Shown: positions 1 to 14,935 of the stretch, piece by piece | Position numbering within the stretch: the first letter of the stretch is position 1 | How the letters are laid out: each line of letters starts with the position of its first letter | Source of the DNA: Eledone cirrhosa | Taxonomy: Eukaryota | DNA length: 64,000 nucleotides | Assembly: GCA_964016885.1 (NCBI GenBank) | Contig: OZ024761.1 | Location: 14,756,001-14,820,000 of the forward strand | Direction: 5' to 3' | Notes under the pieces: generated by a model | The model's database searches: none | What the model was told of the DNA's origin: nothing | What the model saw: the letters and a program-made list of their open reading frames with translations, nothing else | Position numbers and translations under genes: made by a program

Positions 1-1762
1 CTCACTACCAGTAACTCCACTACTACCACCACCATCACAACCACCACAACCACACTCACTACCAGTAACTCCACTACCACCACCACCATCACAACCACCA
101 CAACCACACTCACTACCAGTAACTTCACTACCACCACCACCATCACAACCACCACAACCACACTCACTACCAGTAACTCCACTACTACCACCACCATCAC
201 AACCACCACAACCACACTTACTACCAGTAACTCCACTACTACCACCACCATCACAACCACCACAACCACACTCACTACCAGTAACTCCACTACTACCACC
301 ACCATCACAACCACCACAACCACACTCACTACCAGTAACTTCACTACTACCACCACCATCACAACCACCACAACCACACTTACTACCAGTAACTCCACTA
401 CTACCACCACCATCACAACCACCACAACCACACTCACTACCAGTAACTCCACTACTACCACCACCATCACAACCACCACAACCACACTCACTACCAGTAA
501 CTTCACTACTACCACCACCATCACAACCACCACAACCACACTCACTACCAGTAACTCCACTACTACCACCACCATCACAACCACCACAACCACACTCACT
601 ACCAGTAACTCCACTACTACCACCACCATCACAACCACCACAACCACACTCACTACCAGTAACTCCACTACTACCACCACCATCACAACCACCACAACCA
701 CACTCACTACCAGTAACTCCACTACTACCACCACCATCACAACCACCACAACCACACTCACTACCAGTAACTTCACTACTACCACCACCATCACAACCAC
801 CACAACCACACTTACTACCAGTAACTTCACTACTACCACCACCATCACAACCACCACAACCACACTTACTACCAGTAACTTCACTACTACCACCACCATC
901 ACAACCACCACAACCACACTCACTACCAGTAACTCCACTACTACCACCACCATCACAACCACCACAACCACACTCACTACCAGTAACTCCACTACTACCA
1001 CCACCATCACAACCACCACAACCACACTTACTACCAGTAACTTCACTACTACCACCACCATCACAACCACCACAACCACACTTACTACCAGTAACTTCAC
1101 TACTACCACCACCATCACAACCACCACAACCACACTCACTACCAGTAACTCCACTACTACCACCACCATCACAACCACCACAACCACACTTACTACCAGT
1201 AACTCCACTACTACCACCACCATCACAACCACACTCACTACCAGTAACTCCACTACTACCACCACCATCACAACCACCACAACCACACTCACTACCAGTA
1301 ACTCCACTACTACCACCACCATCACAACCACCACAACCACACTCACTACCAGTAACTCCACTACTACCACCACCATCACAACCACCACAACCACACTCAC
1401 TACCAGTAACTCCACTACTACCACCACCATCACAACCATCACAACCACACTCACTACCAGTAACTCCACTACTACCACCACCATCACAACCACCACAACC
1501 ACACTTACTACCAGTAACTCCACTACTACCACCACCATCACAACCACCACAACCACACTTACTACCAGTAACTCCACTACTACCACCACCATCACAACCA
1601 CCACAACCACACTCACTACCAGTAACCCCACTACTACCACAACCACCACAACCACACTCACTACCAGTAACTCCACTACTACCACCACCATCACAACCAC
1701 CACAACCACACTCACTACCAGTAACTCCACTACTACCACCACCATCACAACCACCACAACCA
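1..1762. repeat. 54-bp CA-rich minisatellite array (about 33 units), running off the window start
   Basis: Unit ctcactaccagtaactccactactaccaccaccatcacaaccaccacaaccaca recurs at 1, 55, 109, 163..., with C/T variants and two 9-bp deletions. Confidence 0.97.
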
Positions 1763-1855
1763 CTAACAACAACAACAACACCATACTATATAGTTATGTA
1801 CCGTAATACATGTAGTGTCTTAACCTAGGCTTAACTTAAACTCTTATTGTCGTGG

Positions 1856-3543
<1,688 letters not shown>

Positions 3544-3669
3544 TCTTCTAAGTTCGTTCGTTTTTTCCTTCTCTTCTACTCTATCCCATCAGACGTAATG
3601 ATGCACCGGCCAAAGGAATTGATGAGACAGATATCAAACGATATGGAATGATACGTTAAGATATATCAT

Positions 3670-4672
3670 AGTTGTTGGTGGTGGTGGTGGTGGTGGTGGT
3701 GGTGGTGGTGGTGGTGGTGGTGGTGGTGGTGGTGGTGTTGGTGGTGGTGTTGGTGGTGGTGGTGGTGGTGGTGTTGTTGTGTTGTTGGTGGTGGTGGTGG
3801 TGGTGGTGGTGGTGGTGGTGGTGGTGGTGGTGGTGGTGGTGGTGTTGGTGGTGGTGTTGGTGGTGGTGGTGGTGGTGGTGTTGTTGTTGTTGGTGGGTGG
3901 TGGTGGTGGTGGTGGTGGTGGTGGTGGTGGTGGTGGTGGTGGGTGTTGGTGTGGTGGTGGTGTTGGTGGTGGTGTTGGTGGTGGTGGTGGTGGTGGTGTT
4001 GTTGTTGGTGGTGGTGGTGGTGGTGGTGGTGGTGTTGGTGGTGGTGGTGGTGGTGTGGTGGTGGTGTTATTGTTGGTGGTGTTGTTGGTGTTGGTGTTGT
4101 GGTGTTGCTGTTGGTGGTGGTGGTGGTGGTGTTGTTGTTGTTGTTGGTGGTGCTGTTGGTGGTGGTGGTGGTGGCGTTGCTGTTGGTGGTGGTGTTGTTG
4201 TTGTTGTTGGTGGTGTTGCTGTTGGTGGTGGTGGTGGTGTTGTTGTTGTGGTGGTGGTGTGCTGTTGGTGGTGGTGGTGGTGTTGCTGTTGGTGGTGGTG
4301 GTGTTGTTGTTGTTGTTGTTGTTGTTGATGTTGGTGGTGGTGTTGTTGTTGTTGTTGTTGGTGGTGGTGTTGGTGGTGGTGGTGGGGGGTGGTGGTTGTG
4401 GTGGTGGTGGTGTTGTTGGTGGTGTCCATGTTGATGGTGGTGGTGGTGGTGTTGTGGTGTTCATGTTGATGGTGTTGTTGTTGGTGGTGGTGGTGGTGGT
4501 GGTGGTGGTGTTGGTGGTGGTGTTCATGTTGGTGGTAGTGGTGATGTTAGTGTTGTTGGTGTTGGTGTTGTCGTTGTTGTTGTTGGTGTTGGTGTTGTTG
4601 TTGTTGTTGGTGGTGGTGATAGTGGTGGTGGTGGTGTTGATGTTGTTGGTATTGTTGGTGATGGTGGTGTTG
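3670..4672. repeat. (GGT)n/(GTT)n degenerate trinucleotide repeat
   Basis: Directly visible. Confidence 0.97.
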
Positions 4673-4780
4673 TATGGTTATCATTGGGGAGATTTGATAT
4701 ATATACATATACGTGTATATATATATATATATATATACATAATATATATATGTATGCATATATATATATTATATATATAT

Positions 4781-5248
4781 GGGTGACTTTGGACATCCTG
4801 CAGGACTAAAAACAAAACCTGTCAAAGGCAAAGGACCTCTTAAGAGTCAATGGCCATCCAAAATCACCGGGAGAGATGATCCCTTAGCCTTTGTCAAGGC
4901 AGAATTCTAGGAGAAGGAAAACTCTGATATAACACCTGCAACCCTGATGGTATCCAATGATGTTGACTTGTTCTTCTTTTTGGTAAATATCATCTTGGTT
5001 AAGAGAGTGGGACTGGCTTTGTGCAGTGCCTTTGCTCACTATAAAAGCTTCATGGCACAGGCATTGCTTTATATCTGGAGATCTCTCTGCACTTGTCGTC
5101 ACATGCTACCAAGGGCCCAGCACTCTGTGTCAATAATTGTCACAAGTATAGTGTTTGTACTAAAAGTCACTCGTTCAGCGCATCGGTAGGGGTTCTCCTA
5201 CATGGATATAAAGTAGTGGCCGTACTCGAAAACGAGTGGCAGCCACCA
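4781..5248 (+). mobile_element. Short non-autonomous retroelement, probably RTE-derived (5' UTR-like head plus 3' tail), inserted in (TA)n
   Basis: Second copy at 29232-29655. The motif ctaggagaaggaaaactctgatata resembles RTE 5' UTRs as recalled. The element ends ...ctcgaaaacgagtggcagccacca followed by (TA)n. Confidence 0.6.
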
Positions 5249-5273
5249 TATATATATATATATATATATACAA

Positions 5274-5304
<31 letters not shown>

Positions 5305-5372
5305 TAATATATATATATACACACACATATATATATATATATATACACACATATATATATATACACACACAA

Positions 5373-5553
<181 letters not shown>

Positions 5554-5672
5554 ATAAGAGATATTTAGTTTGTTGGAAATCCAACAAATATAGATGTTTA
5601 CAACTGATTCAAAGCACTCGACAGATTTCTGATATTAAATAAATGGAAACTATATTTATAAAACCATATTTA

Positions 5673-5730
5673 TTCTATTATATATATTTCAAGGGTACCA
5701 AAAATTTTGGTACGCTATCATCAGATAAAA
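5673..5730 (-). ncRNA. Minimal type I hammerhead ribozyme (family A)
   Basis: Minus strand reads ttttat CTGATGA tagc gtaccaaaa-t-ttttggtac cctt GAAA TATATA TA atagaa. Stem II pairs and stem I ttttat/atagaa pairs. Confidence 0.75.
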
Positions 5731-5806
5731 TCTCTTTCCAGGGATAACTTGAACCGTTAAGGTGTATCATCCTTGGTCATGTCAAATATTTATAAAACAT
5801 TTTGTA

Positions 5807-5865
5807 TTTTATCTGATGATAGCGTACCAATATTTTGGGGACCCTTGAAATATATATAATAGAAT
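5807..5865 (+). ncRNA. Minimal type I hammerhead ribozyme (family A, inverted partner)
   Basis: CTGATGA at 5813-5819, GAAA at 5847-5850, palindromic TATATA stem III. Stem II carries mismatches. Confidence 0.65.
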
Positions 5866-5909
5866 AAATATGGTTTTATAAATATAGTTTCCATTTATTT
5901 AATATCAAT

Positions 5910-5965
<56 letters not shown>

Positions 5966-6112
5966 GATTCTTTTCTTTGTTTTTGTGCCTCTCCTTTGTT
6001 CTGTCCTACGCCATCTTGGAGAGGCACAAAAAACAAAGAAAAGAACCCCAGTCACTGAAGAGGTCACAGAATGTGTGACGAAAGAACTTTGACAATATAT
6101 AAACAACCATCT

Positions 6113-6164
<52 letters not shown>

Positions 6165-6210
6165 AACTATAATTTTGCTTCCTGTGTTTTGTTTTGTTTC
6201 ATTTATTAAC

Positions 6211-6258
<48 letters not shown>

Positions 6259-6492
6259 CATCTGTCTATAAATATGTGTGTTTGTACATATGTTTGTATG
6301 TGTTCGTATATGTATATATATATATATGTCTGTGTGTGTGTGTGGAAGAGAGAGAGTGAGAGGGAGAGAGAGAGAGTACGAAGAGACTGTTCTACATTTC
6401 CATTCTCCAGTTTAAATAATATATATATATACATATATATATATGAGTGTGTGTGTGTGTGTGTGTGTGTGTACAAATATGTATATATATTA

Positions 6493-6534
<42 letters not shown>

Positions 6535-6628
6535 CCCCCCCCCCCCACACACACACACTCCTTAGAGCGTGAAACTAATAAATCTTTGTTTGTACTGCCT
6601 CTCTGTTTTTGTTCCCGTTCCAGCTTTC

Positions 6629-6681
<53 letters not shown>

Positions 6682-6703
6682 TATATGTATATATTCATAT
6701 GTA

Positions 6704-6755
<52 letters not shown>

Positions 6756-6800
6756 GTATATATTCATATGTATGTGTGTGTATATATATATATATTCATA

Positions 6801-6871
<71 letters not shown>

Positions 6872-7009
6872 TACATGTATATATTCATATGTGTGTGTGT
6901 ATATATATACATAGAGAGAGAGAGATCATCGAACGATCTAACATTTCTGTCAATATGTCAGCCTGGACTGTTAGTTTATTTTATCTCCCTTAAATGAAGA
7001 TCGAAAGAT

Positions 7010-7110
7010 TTGGCCCCGACGGCGGGATTTGAACTCAGGGCGCAGAGAGTTCGCTCCACAATTACCACAAGGCATTTTATCTGATCTAACGACCCTGCCA
7101 TTTTGCCGCC
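7010..7110 (-). mobile_element. 5' fragment of tRNA-derived SINE family 1
   Basis: ggcgggatttgaactcag (reverse-complement B box) matches the other copies. Confidence 0.7.
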
Positions 7111-7225
7111 TATTTGAATTGTTTACGTGATTTCTGAAGTACGCCATTACAATGGCCGTCTAAATATTGCCGTACTGACAGAGAGAAATTACATTCGCTG
7201 AAGAGGTTTAATATGATCAAATTAC

Positions 7226-7267
7226 ATTCGCTGAAGAGGTTTAATATGTCCAAAACATGTCCAGAAT
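7226..7267 (+). ncRNA. Degenerate hammerhead motif with a 33-bp tandem duplication of its 5' half
   Basis: attcg CTGAAGA ggtttaatatgtcc AAAAC AT GTC cagaat. The core G12 is mutated. Duplicated segments start at 7186 and 7219. Confidence 0.45.
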
Positions 7268-7321
7268 TGTTGCCCGTGCCTGCTAAAAGTGTGTGTGTGT
7301 GATAATTCTCTGTGTGTATGT

Positions 7322-8382
7322 TTTGTGATCAGTGTGATAATTATGTGTGTGTGTGTTAACTGTATGTGTGTGTGTGTTAACTGTATGTGTGTGTGTGTTA
7401 ACTGTATGTGTGTGTGTTAATTGTATGTGTGAGTGTGTGTGTGTGTTAACTGTATGTGTGTGTGTGTTAACTGTATGTGTGTGTGTGTGTTAACTGTATG
7501 TGTGTATGTGTATGTGTGTGTCAACTGTATGTGTGTGTGTGTTAACTGTATGTGTGAGTGTGTGTGTGTGTTAACTATATGTGTGTGTGTGTTAACTGTA
7601 TGTGTGTGTGTGTGTTAACTGTATGTGTGTGTGTGTGTTAACTGTATGGGTGTATGTGTATGTGTGTGTCAACTGTATGTGTGTGTGTGTGTGTGTTAAC
7701 TGTATGTGTGTGTATGTGTGTGTTAACTGTGTGTGTGTGTGTGTTAACTGTATGTGTGTGTGTGTGTGTGTATGTGTGTGTCAACTGTATGTGTGAGTGT
7801 GTGTGTGTGTTAACTGTATGTGTGTGTGTGTTAACTGTATGTGTGTGTGTGTGTTAACTGTATGTGTGTATGTGTATGTGTGTGTCAACTGTATGTGTGT
7901 GTGTGTGTGTGTGTTAACTGTATGTGTGAGTGTGTGTGTGTGTTAACTGTATGTGTGTGTGTGTTAACTGTATGTGTGTGTGTGTTAACTGTATGTGTGT
8001 GTGTGTTAACTGTATGTGTGTGTATGTGTGTGTCAACTGTATGTGTGTGTGTGTGTTAACTGTATGTGTGAGTGTGTGTGTGTGTTAACTGTGTGTGTGT
8101 GTGTGTTAACTGTATGTGCGTGTGTGTGTTAAATGTATGTGTGTGTGTGTGTTAACTGTATGTGTGTATGTGTATGTGTGTGTCAACTGTATGTGTGTGT
8201 GTGTGTGTGTGTTCACTGTATGTGTGAGTGTGTGTGTGTGTTAACTGTATGTGTGTGTGTGTTAACTGTATGTGTGTGTGTGTGTTAACTGTATGTGTGT
8301 ATGTGTATGTGTGTGTGTGTGTGTGTGTTAACTGTATGTGTGTGTGTGTATGTGTGTGTTAACTGTGTGTGTGTGTGTGTGT
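7322..8382. repeat. Minisatellite of (TG)n punctuated by TTAACTGTA
   Basis: Dozens of recurrences of gttaactgtatgtgtg. Confidence 0.95.
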
Positions 8383-8487
8383 ACGTATGTGATGTTAGAC
8401 TATTAACATGCCATCAGGACTCCACAGTTGTATTGGTGATTGTTTGATGAGGTGAGAATCACAGATACTAACGAAGGTAATCAGTAG

Positions 8488-10032
8488 TGAGAGAGGGGGG
8501 ATACAGTGGGGAGAGGGAAGAGAGAGAGAGGAGGGATACAGTGGGGAGAGGGAAGAGAGAGAAAGTGGGATACAGTGGGCAGAGGGAAGAGAGAGAGAGG
8601 GGATACAGTGGGGAGAGGGAAGAGAGAGAGAGGGGATACAGTGGGGAGATGGAAGAGAGAGAGGGGGGAATACAGTGGGGATAGGGAAGAGAGAGAGAGG
8701 GGGGATACAGTGGGGAGAGGGAAGAGAGAGAGAGGGGGGATACAGTGGGGAGAGGAAAGAGAGAGAGAGTGAGATATACAGCGAGGAGAGGGAAGAGAGA
8801 GAGAGGGGGGATACAGTGGGGAGAGGGAAGTGAGAGAGAGTGAGATATACAGTGAGGAGAGGGAAGAGAGAGAGAGGGGGATACAGTGGGGAGAGGGAAG
8901 AGAGAGAGAGTGAGATATACAGTGGGGAGAGGGAAGAGAGAGAGAGTGAGATATACAGTGAGGAGAGGGAAGAGAGAGAGAGAGTGAGATATACAGTGGG
9001 GAGAGGGAAGTGAGAGAGAGTGAGATATACAGTGAGGAGAGGGAAGAGAGAGAGAGGGGGGATACAGTGGGCAGAGGGAAGAGAGAGAGAGGGGATACAG
9101 TGAGGAGAGGGAAGAGAGAGAGAGGGGATACAGTGGGGAGATGGAAGAGAGAGAGGGGGCAATACAGTGGGGATAGGGAAGAGAGAGAGAGGGGGGATAC
9201 AGTGGGGAGAGGGAAGAGAGAGAGAGGGGGGATACAGTGGGGAGAGGGAAGAGAGAGAGAGTGAGATATACAGCGAGGAGAGGGAAGAGAGAGAGAGGGG
9301 GGATACAGTGGGGAGAGGGAAGTGAGAGAGAGTGAGATATACAGTGAGGAGAGGGAAGAGAGAGAGAGGGGGATACAGTGGGGAGAGGGAAGAGAGAGAG
9401 AGTGAGATATACAGTGGGGAGAGGGAAGAGAGAGAGAGTGAGATATACAGTGAGGAGAGGGAAGAGAGAGAGAGGGGGGATACAGTGGGGAGAGGGAAGA
9501 GAGAGAGAGTGAGATATACAGTGGGGAGAGGGAAGAGAGAGAGAGAGTGAGATATACAGTGGGGAGAGGGAAGAGAGAGAGAGTGAGATATACAGTGAGG
9601 AGAGGGAAGAGAGAGAGAGAGTGAGATATACAGTGGGGAGAGGGAAGAGAGAGAGAGTGAGATATACAGTGAGGAGAGGGAAGAGAGAGAGAGGGGGGAT
9701 AACAGTGGGGAGAGGGAAGAGAGTGAGAGTGAGATATACAGTGGGAAGAGGGAAGAGAGAGAGAGTGAGATATACAGTGGGAAGAGGGAAGAGAGAGAGT
9801 GAGATATACAGTGAGGAGAGGGAAGAGAGAGAGAGGGGGGATACAGTGGGGAGAGGGGAAGAGAGAGAGAGTGAGATATACAGTGGGGAGAGGGAAGAGA
9901 GAGAGTGAGATATACAATGAGGAGAGGGAAGAGAGAGAGTAAGATATACAGTGGGGAGAGGGAAGAGAGAGAGAGTAAGATATACAGTGGGGAGAGGGAA
10001 GAGAGAGAGAGTGAGATATACAGTGAGGAGAG

Positions 10033-10082
<50 letters not shown>

Positions 10083-10175
10083 TACAGTGGGGAGAGGGAA
10101 GAGAGAAAGAGTGAGATATACAGTGGGGAGAGGGAAGAGAGAGTGAGAGAGATATACAGTTGGGAGAGGGAAGCG
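8488..10175. repeat. Purine-rich about 31-bp minisatellite (gatacagtggggagagggaagagagagag)
   Basis: Directly visible. It explains the 620-666 aa S/L/P ORFs on the minus strand. Confidence 0.96.
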
Positions 10176-10934
10176 AGAGTGAAAGAGAGAGTAGACATAT
10201 AGAAAAGAGAGATGGAGAGAGGGGGGTAGATTGATGGGGGTAGAGAGGGAGAGACAAGGAAAAGAGAGAGAGAGAGAAAAAGAGAAAGAGAGAAAGGAGA
10301 ATAGAGAGAGATGGAGAGAGAGAGAGTAGACATATAGCAACGAGAGATGGAGAGACAAGAAGAGAGAGAGAGAGGATAGAGAGAGAGAGAGACAAGGAGA
10401 GAGGAGGTGCCTTTATGTCTGTGTGTGTGTATGTGTGTTTTTATCTTAATTGCGTGTGTTTTATGTGTATGTGCTGTGTGTTCATGTATTTCTATGTCTG
10501 TGTGTGTATGTATGTTTGTTTATGTGTGTGTGTATGTGTATGTGTTTATTTGTGTGTGTATGTATGTTTTATGTCTTCTTGTGTATATGCGTATGTGTGT
10601 CTGTGTTTATTTCTGTGTGTCTGGTGTATGTGTGTGTATAATTTTATTCTTTTTACTTCTTTCAGTCATTGCACCTCTACGTGTGTCCAGTTTAGGAATG
10701 CTGTGTTTATGAATTTAGCATTCTATCTTTAACCACTTCCACATACCGGTATTAACCACTTCCACATACCGGTAATCAATATAAACTATAGGGTTTTTCT
10801 TATGCAGGCACAAATTTCCCAGTTTGCGTGATTGCTCATACAACCGGTAATTCTGGGATATGTGACACACCAATCCTAGACTCCAAAGGTAAATGCGTTC
10901 AAGGTTATTGGTGTCGTTAATATTAACAAAATGA

Positions 10935-11570
10935 TTAGTTGCAGAAAGAAGCACAGGCTCCAGAATACCGTTTATGTAAGTTTGGGAGCTGATTTTTGTC
11001 CTTTCTTCCATAAAAATGAGAAGAGAACTCCAAGATGATGAAACACCCACACCCCTCCCAGATTATAACAGAATCTGGTTTCATTGTATGGAATACAGAT
11101 TTGGGGTCAACACTGATTTCTGATGTACTTTTTCCAATGACTCGATCATTTCTTCTGGTGTATGTCTGCTCAACAATGAAAATCTTTTCATCTGACCAGA
11201 CAATTTCCCCCGCCATGCCACATTTCTTTTATTTAAGCAAATTCTTGCTTATCTCTAGCCTTTTTTTGTTTTTGTCTTTTCAAAAAGGGTTTGTCTCTTC
11301 TGAAGGGTGAAAGAAGATATTCCCAAGTCATCATTGATAACCCGTCTCATTGTCCTAGGGCTTATTCGGACCTCTTTTGCCATTTTTCTCATGGACCTTT
11401 TCGGATTTCTTCTTATCCTTTCTCGAAAGGCTTTAATGAAAGAAGGAATCTGTTTAGTTCTGTCTTCCACTTCTGGGTCTATCAGGCAAATCTCCTTGCT
11501 CTTTAAGACGTTTCATAACTTTCCAAACAGTAGATTTAGCAGCAGAAAGTTACTTTACAATATTCGAATC
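10935..11570 (-). mobile_element. Decayed Tc1/mariner transposase fragment (maT/DD37D-like)
   Basis: Frameshifted pieces: RERIRRNPKRSMRKMAKEVRISPRTMRRVINDDLG (HTH), IVWSDEKIFIVEQ..RNDRV (first catalytic Asp), KPDSVIIWEG, YINGILEPVL. Confidence 0.88.
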
Positions 11571-11646
11571 TGACTATATATGTATGAATGTATGTATATA
11601 GTAATAATAAATGTGAAGACTAAAATCCGAAGAGGGTTCAATGAGG

Positions 11647-11681
<35 letters not shown>

Positions 11682-11820
11682 TAGTTTTGGTTATTTGTCG
11701 GAGATTCCTTCATAGAAGCCTCATTCGTATAGCCTGGTCTATTCGATTTTTTATATAGTTAATTATGCTAATTGGGAGAGGAAATAGTATGTATTTTATC
11801 TTGTGATTCTATAGACATGT

Positions 11821-11876
<56 letters not shown>

Positions 11877-11890
11877 GTAGAGCAAATATT

Positions 11891-12017
11891 TATTATAAGA
11901 CCAGATTAAAGTTTAAGCAAAGAATCGCTGCTTTCACCCTTAACGGAATGTTCAGATGATCCCGTTAAGGGTGAAAGCAGGGATTCTTTGCTTAAACTTT
12001 AATCTGTTCTTATAATA
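11891..12017. mobile_element. Fold-back remnant (56-bp arms) containing a degenerate hammerhead
   Basis: Arms 11891-11946 and 11962-12017. Core reads cAGATGA t ccc-gttaa-ggg t GAAA at 11953-11976. Confidence 0.6.
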
Positions 12018-12019
12018 TT

Positions 12020-12052
<33 letters not shown>

Positions 12053-12499
12053 TTATGTCTGTATGTGTCTATGTGTATGTATGTATATATGTTTGTATGT
12101 ATCTGTGTATGTATGTATTATGTATGTATATATGTACGTATGTGCGAATGTATGTACGCATGTGTGTATACATACGTACGTATGTACGTATTTATGTATG
12201 TCAGTCGATCGTTGTCACGTGCTCGGGCATGTTTGATCTCTAGTAACAACGAGGAACATGGGTAGGTAACTAATGACACCAACAGGCAAATAAACAAACC
12301 AATCATCTGTGTGTGTGTGGGGGGGGGGGGGGATCAACAAGGAAAAGAATGCGCGAATACAATGGAATACAAAGAGATGAAATATATTTGTTTAACGCTT
12401 GATATGGTTGGAATAGTGTTTTGACGTTTGATTTATATATATATATATAGAGAGAGAGAGAGAAAGAGAGGGGAGGGGGGGGGGGGGGGGTAGATAGAT

Positions 12500-13031
12500 A
12501 TATTTCTTTATTAGCCACAAGGGCGAACAAGAAAAGGGGACAATACAAAGACATGCCGGGGATTTTACATACAATCGTGTAAAAATATTGAAACAAACAA
12601 ATTTAACAATCGAAATCCCCAATAGGGAGGGGGGGGGGCACAAATGGGTTGTTTAATACCCCGTAGATAGAACAACCCTCAACTTCAGGAGCGTGTTGTG
12701 CAAGTGCTCCTTTCTTCTTTTTGCTCTCTTCTTCAACCTACAGATTTATATACAGAGAAGGCCCAATCACTCGGGCCATTTTTGCTACATTCACCCACCT
12801 TTCAGTAAATTTACTGGGGTGCAGTGCCTCTCTCTCCACTCTGATTCTCCTTCTAAAGTGGTCCCTAAAGAAGGGAATGAGTTGTTGTCTGGAGAGAACG
12901 GCATCTGTCCTCAGTCCTCTCAATCTCGTCCACCATATAACCTCTTTCCCCATAGCCAATATACAGAGGAAAACCGCCTCTCTTTCGTTTTTGAAAGAAG
13001 TTGGCGGTTTGATCCTTACTATGGACTCGGC

Positions 13032-13033
<2 letters not shown>
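12500..13033 (-). mobile_element. 3' end of Tx1/L1-like LINE, copy 1, in a (TATC)n tract
   Basis: C-terminal peptide AMGKEVIWWTRLRG...FFRDHFRRRIRVERE...FTERW. The 3' UTR ends ggctaataaagaaa then (tatc)n. Confidence 0.7.
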
Positions 13034-13062
<29 letters not shown>

Positions 13063-13064
<2 letters not shown>

Positions 13065-13437
13065 TATTTCTTTATTAGCCACAGGGGCACAAAAGAAGGG
13101 GACAAATACAAAGGGGGAAGTTTACATACAATAAAAACGTGTAAAATGTTATCACAGATGGAATTTAAAAGTTAGTCGATTTTCCCCAATAGAGGGAGAC
13201 AGTTTATATGGGTAACACATACCCCCGAAAAAATGTGCAACCCTCATCTCCAGGAGTACGAAGAGCTTGTACTCCTTTCCTCTCCTCCTCCTTTTCCTCA
13301 ACCTACAGGCTGATATAGAGAGAAGGCCCATTCACTCGGGCCATTCTCGCCACTTTCACCCACCTTTCATAAAACTTGCTGGGGTACAGCACCTCTCTCT
13401 CCATCCTGATTCTTCTTCCAAAGTGGTATTTGAAAAA
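13063..13437 (-). mobile_element. 3' end of Tx1/L1-like LINE, copy 2, in a (TATC)n tract
   Basis: Diverged paralogue of 12500-13033 (FFKYHFGRRIRMEREVLYPSKFYERW) with the same tail. Confidence 0.7.
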
Positions 13438-13459
13438 AAATAATAGATAGATAGATAGA

Positions 13460-13842
13460 TATCCACGTTTATGTGGACACCCGTAATTCATATAGTGGTA
13501 AGAGAATTGGATTCACAATCATGAGGTCGGAAAATGAGATCGTAAAAGAGTAAATAAAGGAAAAAGAGAGGTTATATGTCTTAATCCGTATGGTGAGAAA
13601 ATGGGGTCCCACGTGCTGGCCTCCCCACAGCCCCGGCGGACAGAATGGAGAAGGCGTTTCCCCAGAGGATGGTAAGGGAGATGCGCTGGAAGAGCCATTC
13701 CATCTCGCGAGGCTCACACTTTCGGCTGGCCAGCTCAGCGCCTCTGGTGGTGAATAGGGAGGTAGCCCTAGGGCCAAGGACACCAGAAGTCTCCACTGGC
13801 AAGGGTACGACTGTGAACCTGTCGGAGAGCGACCGGTACTTT
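13460..13842 (-). mobile_element. 5'-truncated CRE-like (restriction-like endonuclease) non-LTR element
   Basis: PVETSGVLGPRA...EMEWLFQRISLTILWGNAFSIL, close to the copy at 32607-33220. Confidence 0.8.
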
Positions 13843-13853
13843 AACGTTTGATT

Positions 13854-13901
<48 letters not shown>

Positions 13902-13995
13902 AGGGGCTCATTCTACTGACACGGCTTTAAAAATGAGGCTTGTTTGCATAATCGAATATTATTATTAATATTCGAAAAACTCAGATTACATTTAT

Positions 13996-14064
<69 letters not shown>

Positions 14065-14144
14065 GGTAAACAGAAATAACAACACAATCGGTACAGTATA
14101 TGGAAGGGGTATTAGGTTAACGCTTGATATAGCAAGATGAGGGT

Positions 14145-14178
14145 CATAACGTTTCGGACGCTAGTCCTTCATCAGAAG
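14145..14178 (-). ncRNA. Minimal hammerhead ribozyme (family B)
   Basis: ctt CTGATGA a ggac-tagc-gtcc GAAACGTT atg. Core identical to 41674-41701. Confidence 0.75.
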
Positions 14179-14333
14179 AAAGAATGAGAAATGAGATAGA
14201 TTGAGGGGACGGGCGGGATGGAATTGGAAAAAAATGTCTTTAGATAAAAAAAAAACAGGTCCATTCATGTTGACATCTCTTGCAAAACTGTTGGCGCTGG
14301 CATTTTGTGTATGATTTATTTTCTAGAAAAGTG

Positions 14334-14393
<60 letters not shown>

Positions 14394-14935
14394 CACACAC
14401 ACACACACGCATATATATATATGCGTGTGTGTGTGTGTATATATATACGCACACATATATAAGCGCGTGTATCTATTCACCCCCCCCCCCCCTCCCGCCC
14501 TCTCTCTCTGGAAGGAAGGAAAGAAAGAATGTAACAGGTGTGGAATGGTCTCCGCCATGCTTATATAATGGTCAAGAAACGCCATTATGTCACACACAAC
14601 GGTGTTCCTACGACTCTACCGTGGGGTAGACGTAATCCAACACCCGGTTTAAGGGCGCTAGTTTCAGTGGAAAGCCCAGCTACTTAGACGAGCAAGGAGC
14701 AGGTTGTCCCTTTGATTGGTGAAACTGGAACACACATCGTTGGAAGCGACGTAGGCTCATTCCATTTGATCCTGGGGTGTCTTTAGTAGAGTCCATTCTT
14801 TAGCGAAAGTTCGGGGCCAGATGTTCAGTTTGAGGAAACCTCCCACTCCTTCCTGCCTTCCTACCTCACACCTCTCCCCACTACTCCTTCCTTACCTCGT
14901 CTTCCCTATCTCACACATCTCCCTTCCTCTGGTTA

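Larger units (their letters stand above)
5556..5911. mobile_element. Penelope-like/retrozyme-like remnant (family A) with about 100-bp inverted arms
   Basis: Arms 5630-5730 and 5807-5907 are reverse complements, each carrying a hammerhead motif. Related copies at about 18910-19240 and 33689-33860. Confidence 0.75.

Noticed and set aside
8395-10395. 620-666 aa ORFs on the minus strand
   Set aside because: All three frames are open because the pyrimidine-rich minisatellite lacks stop codons.
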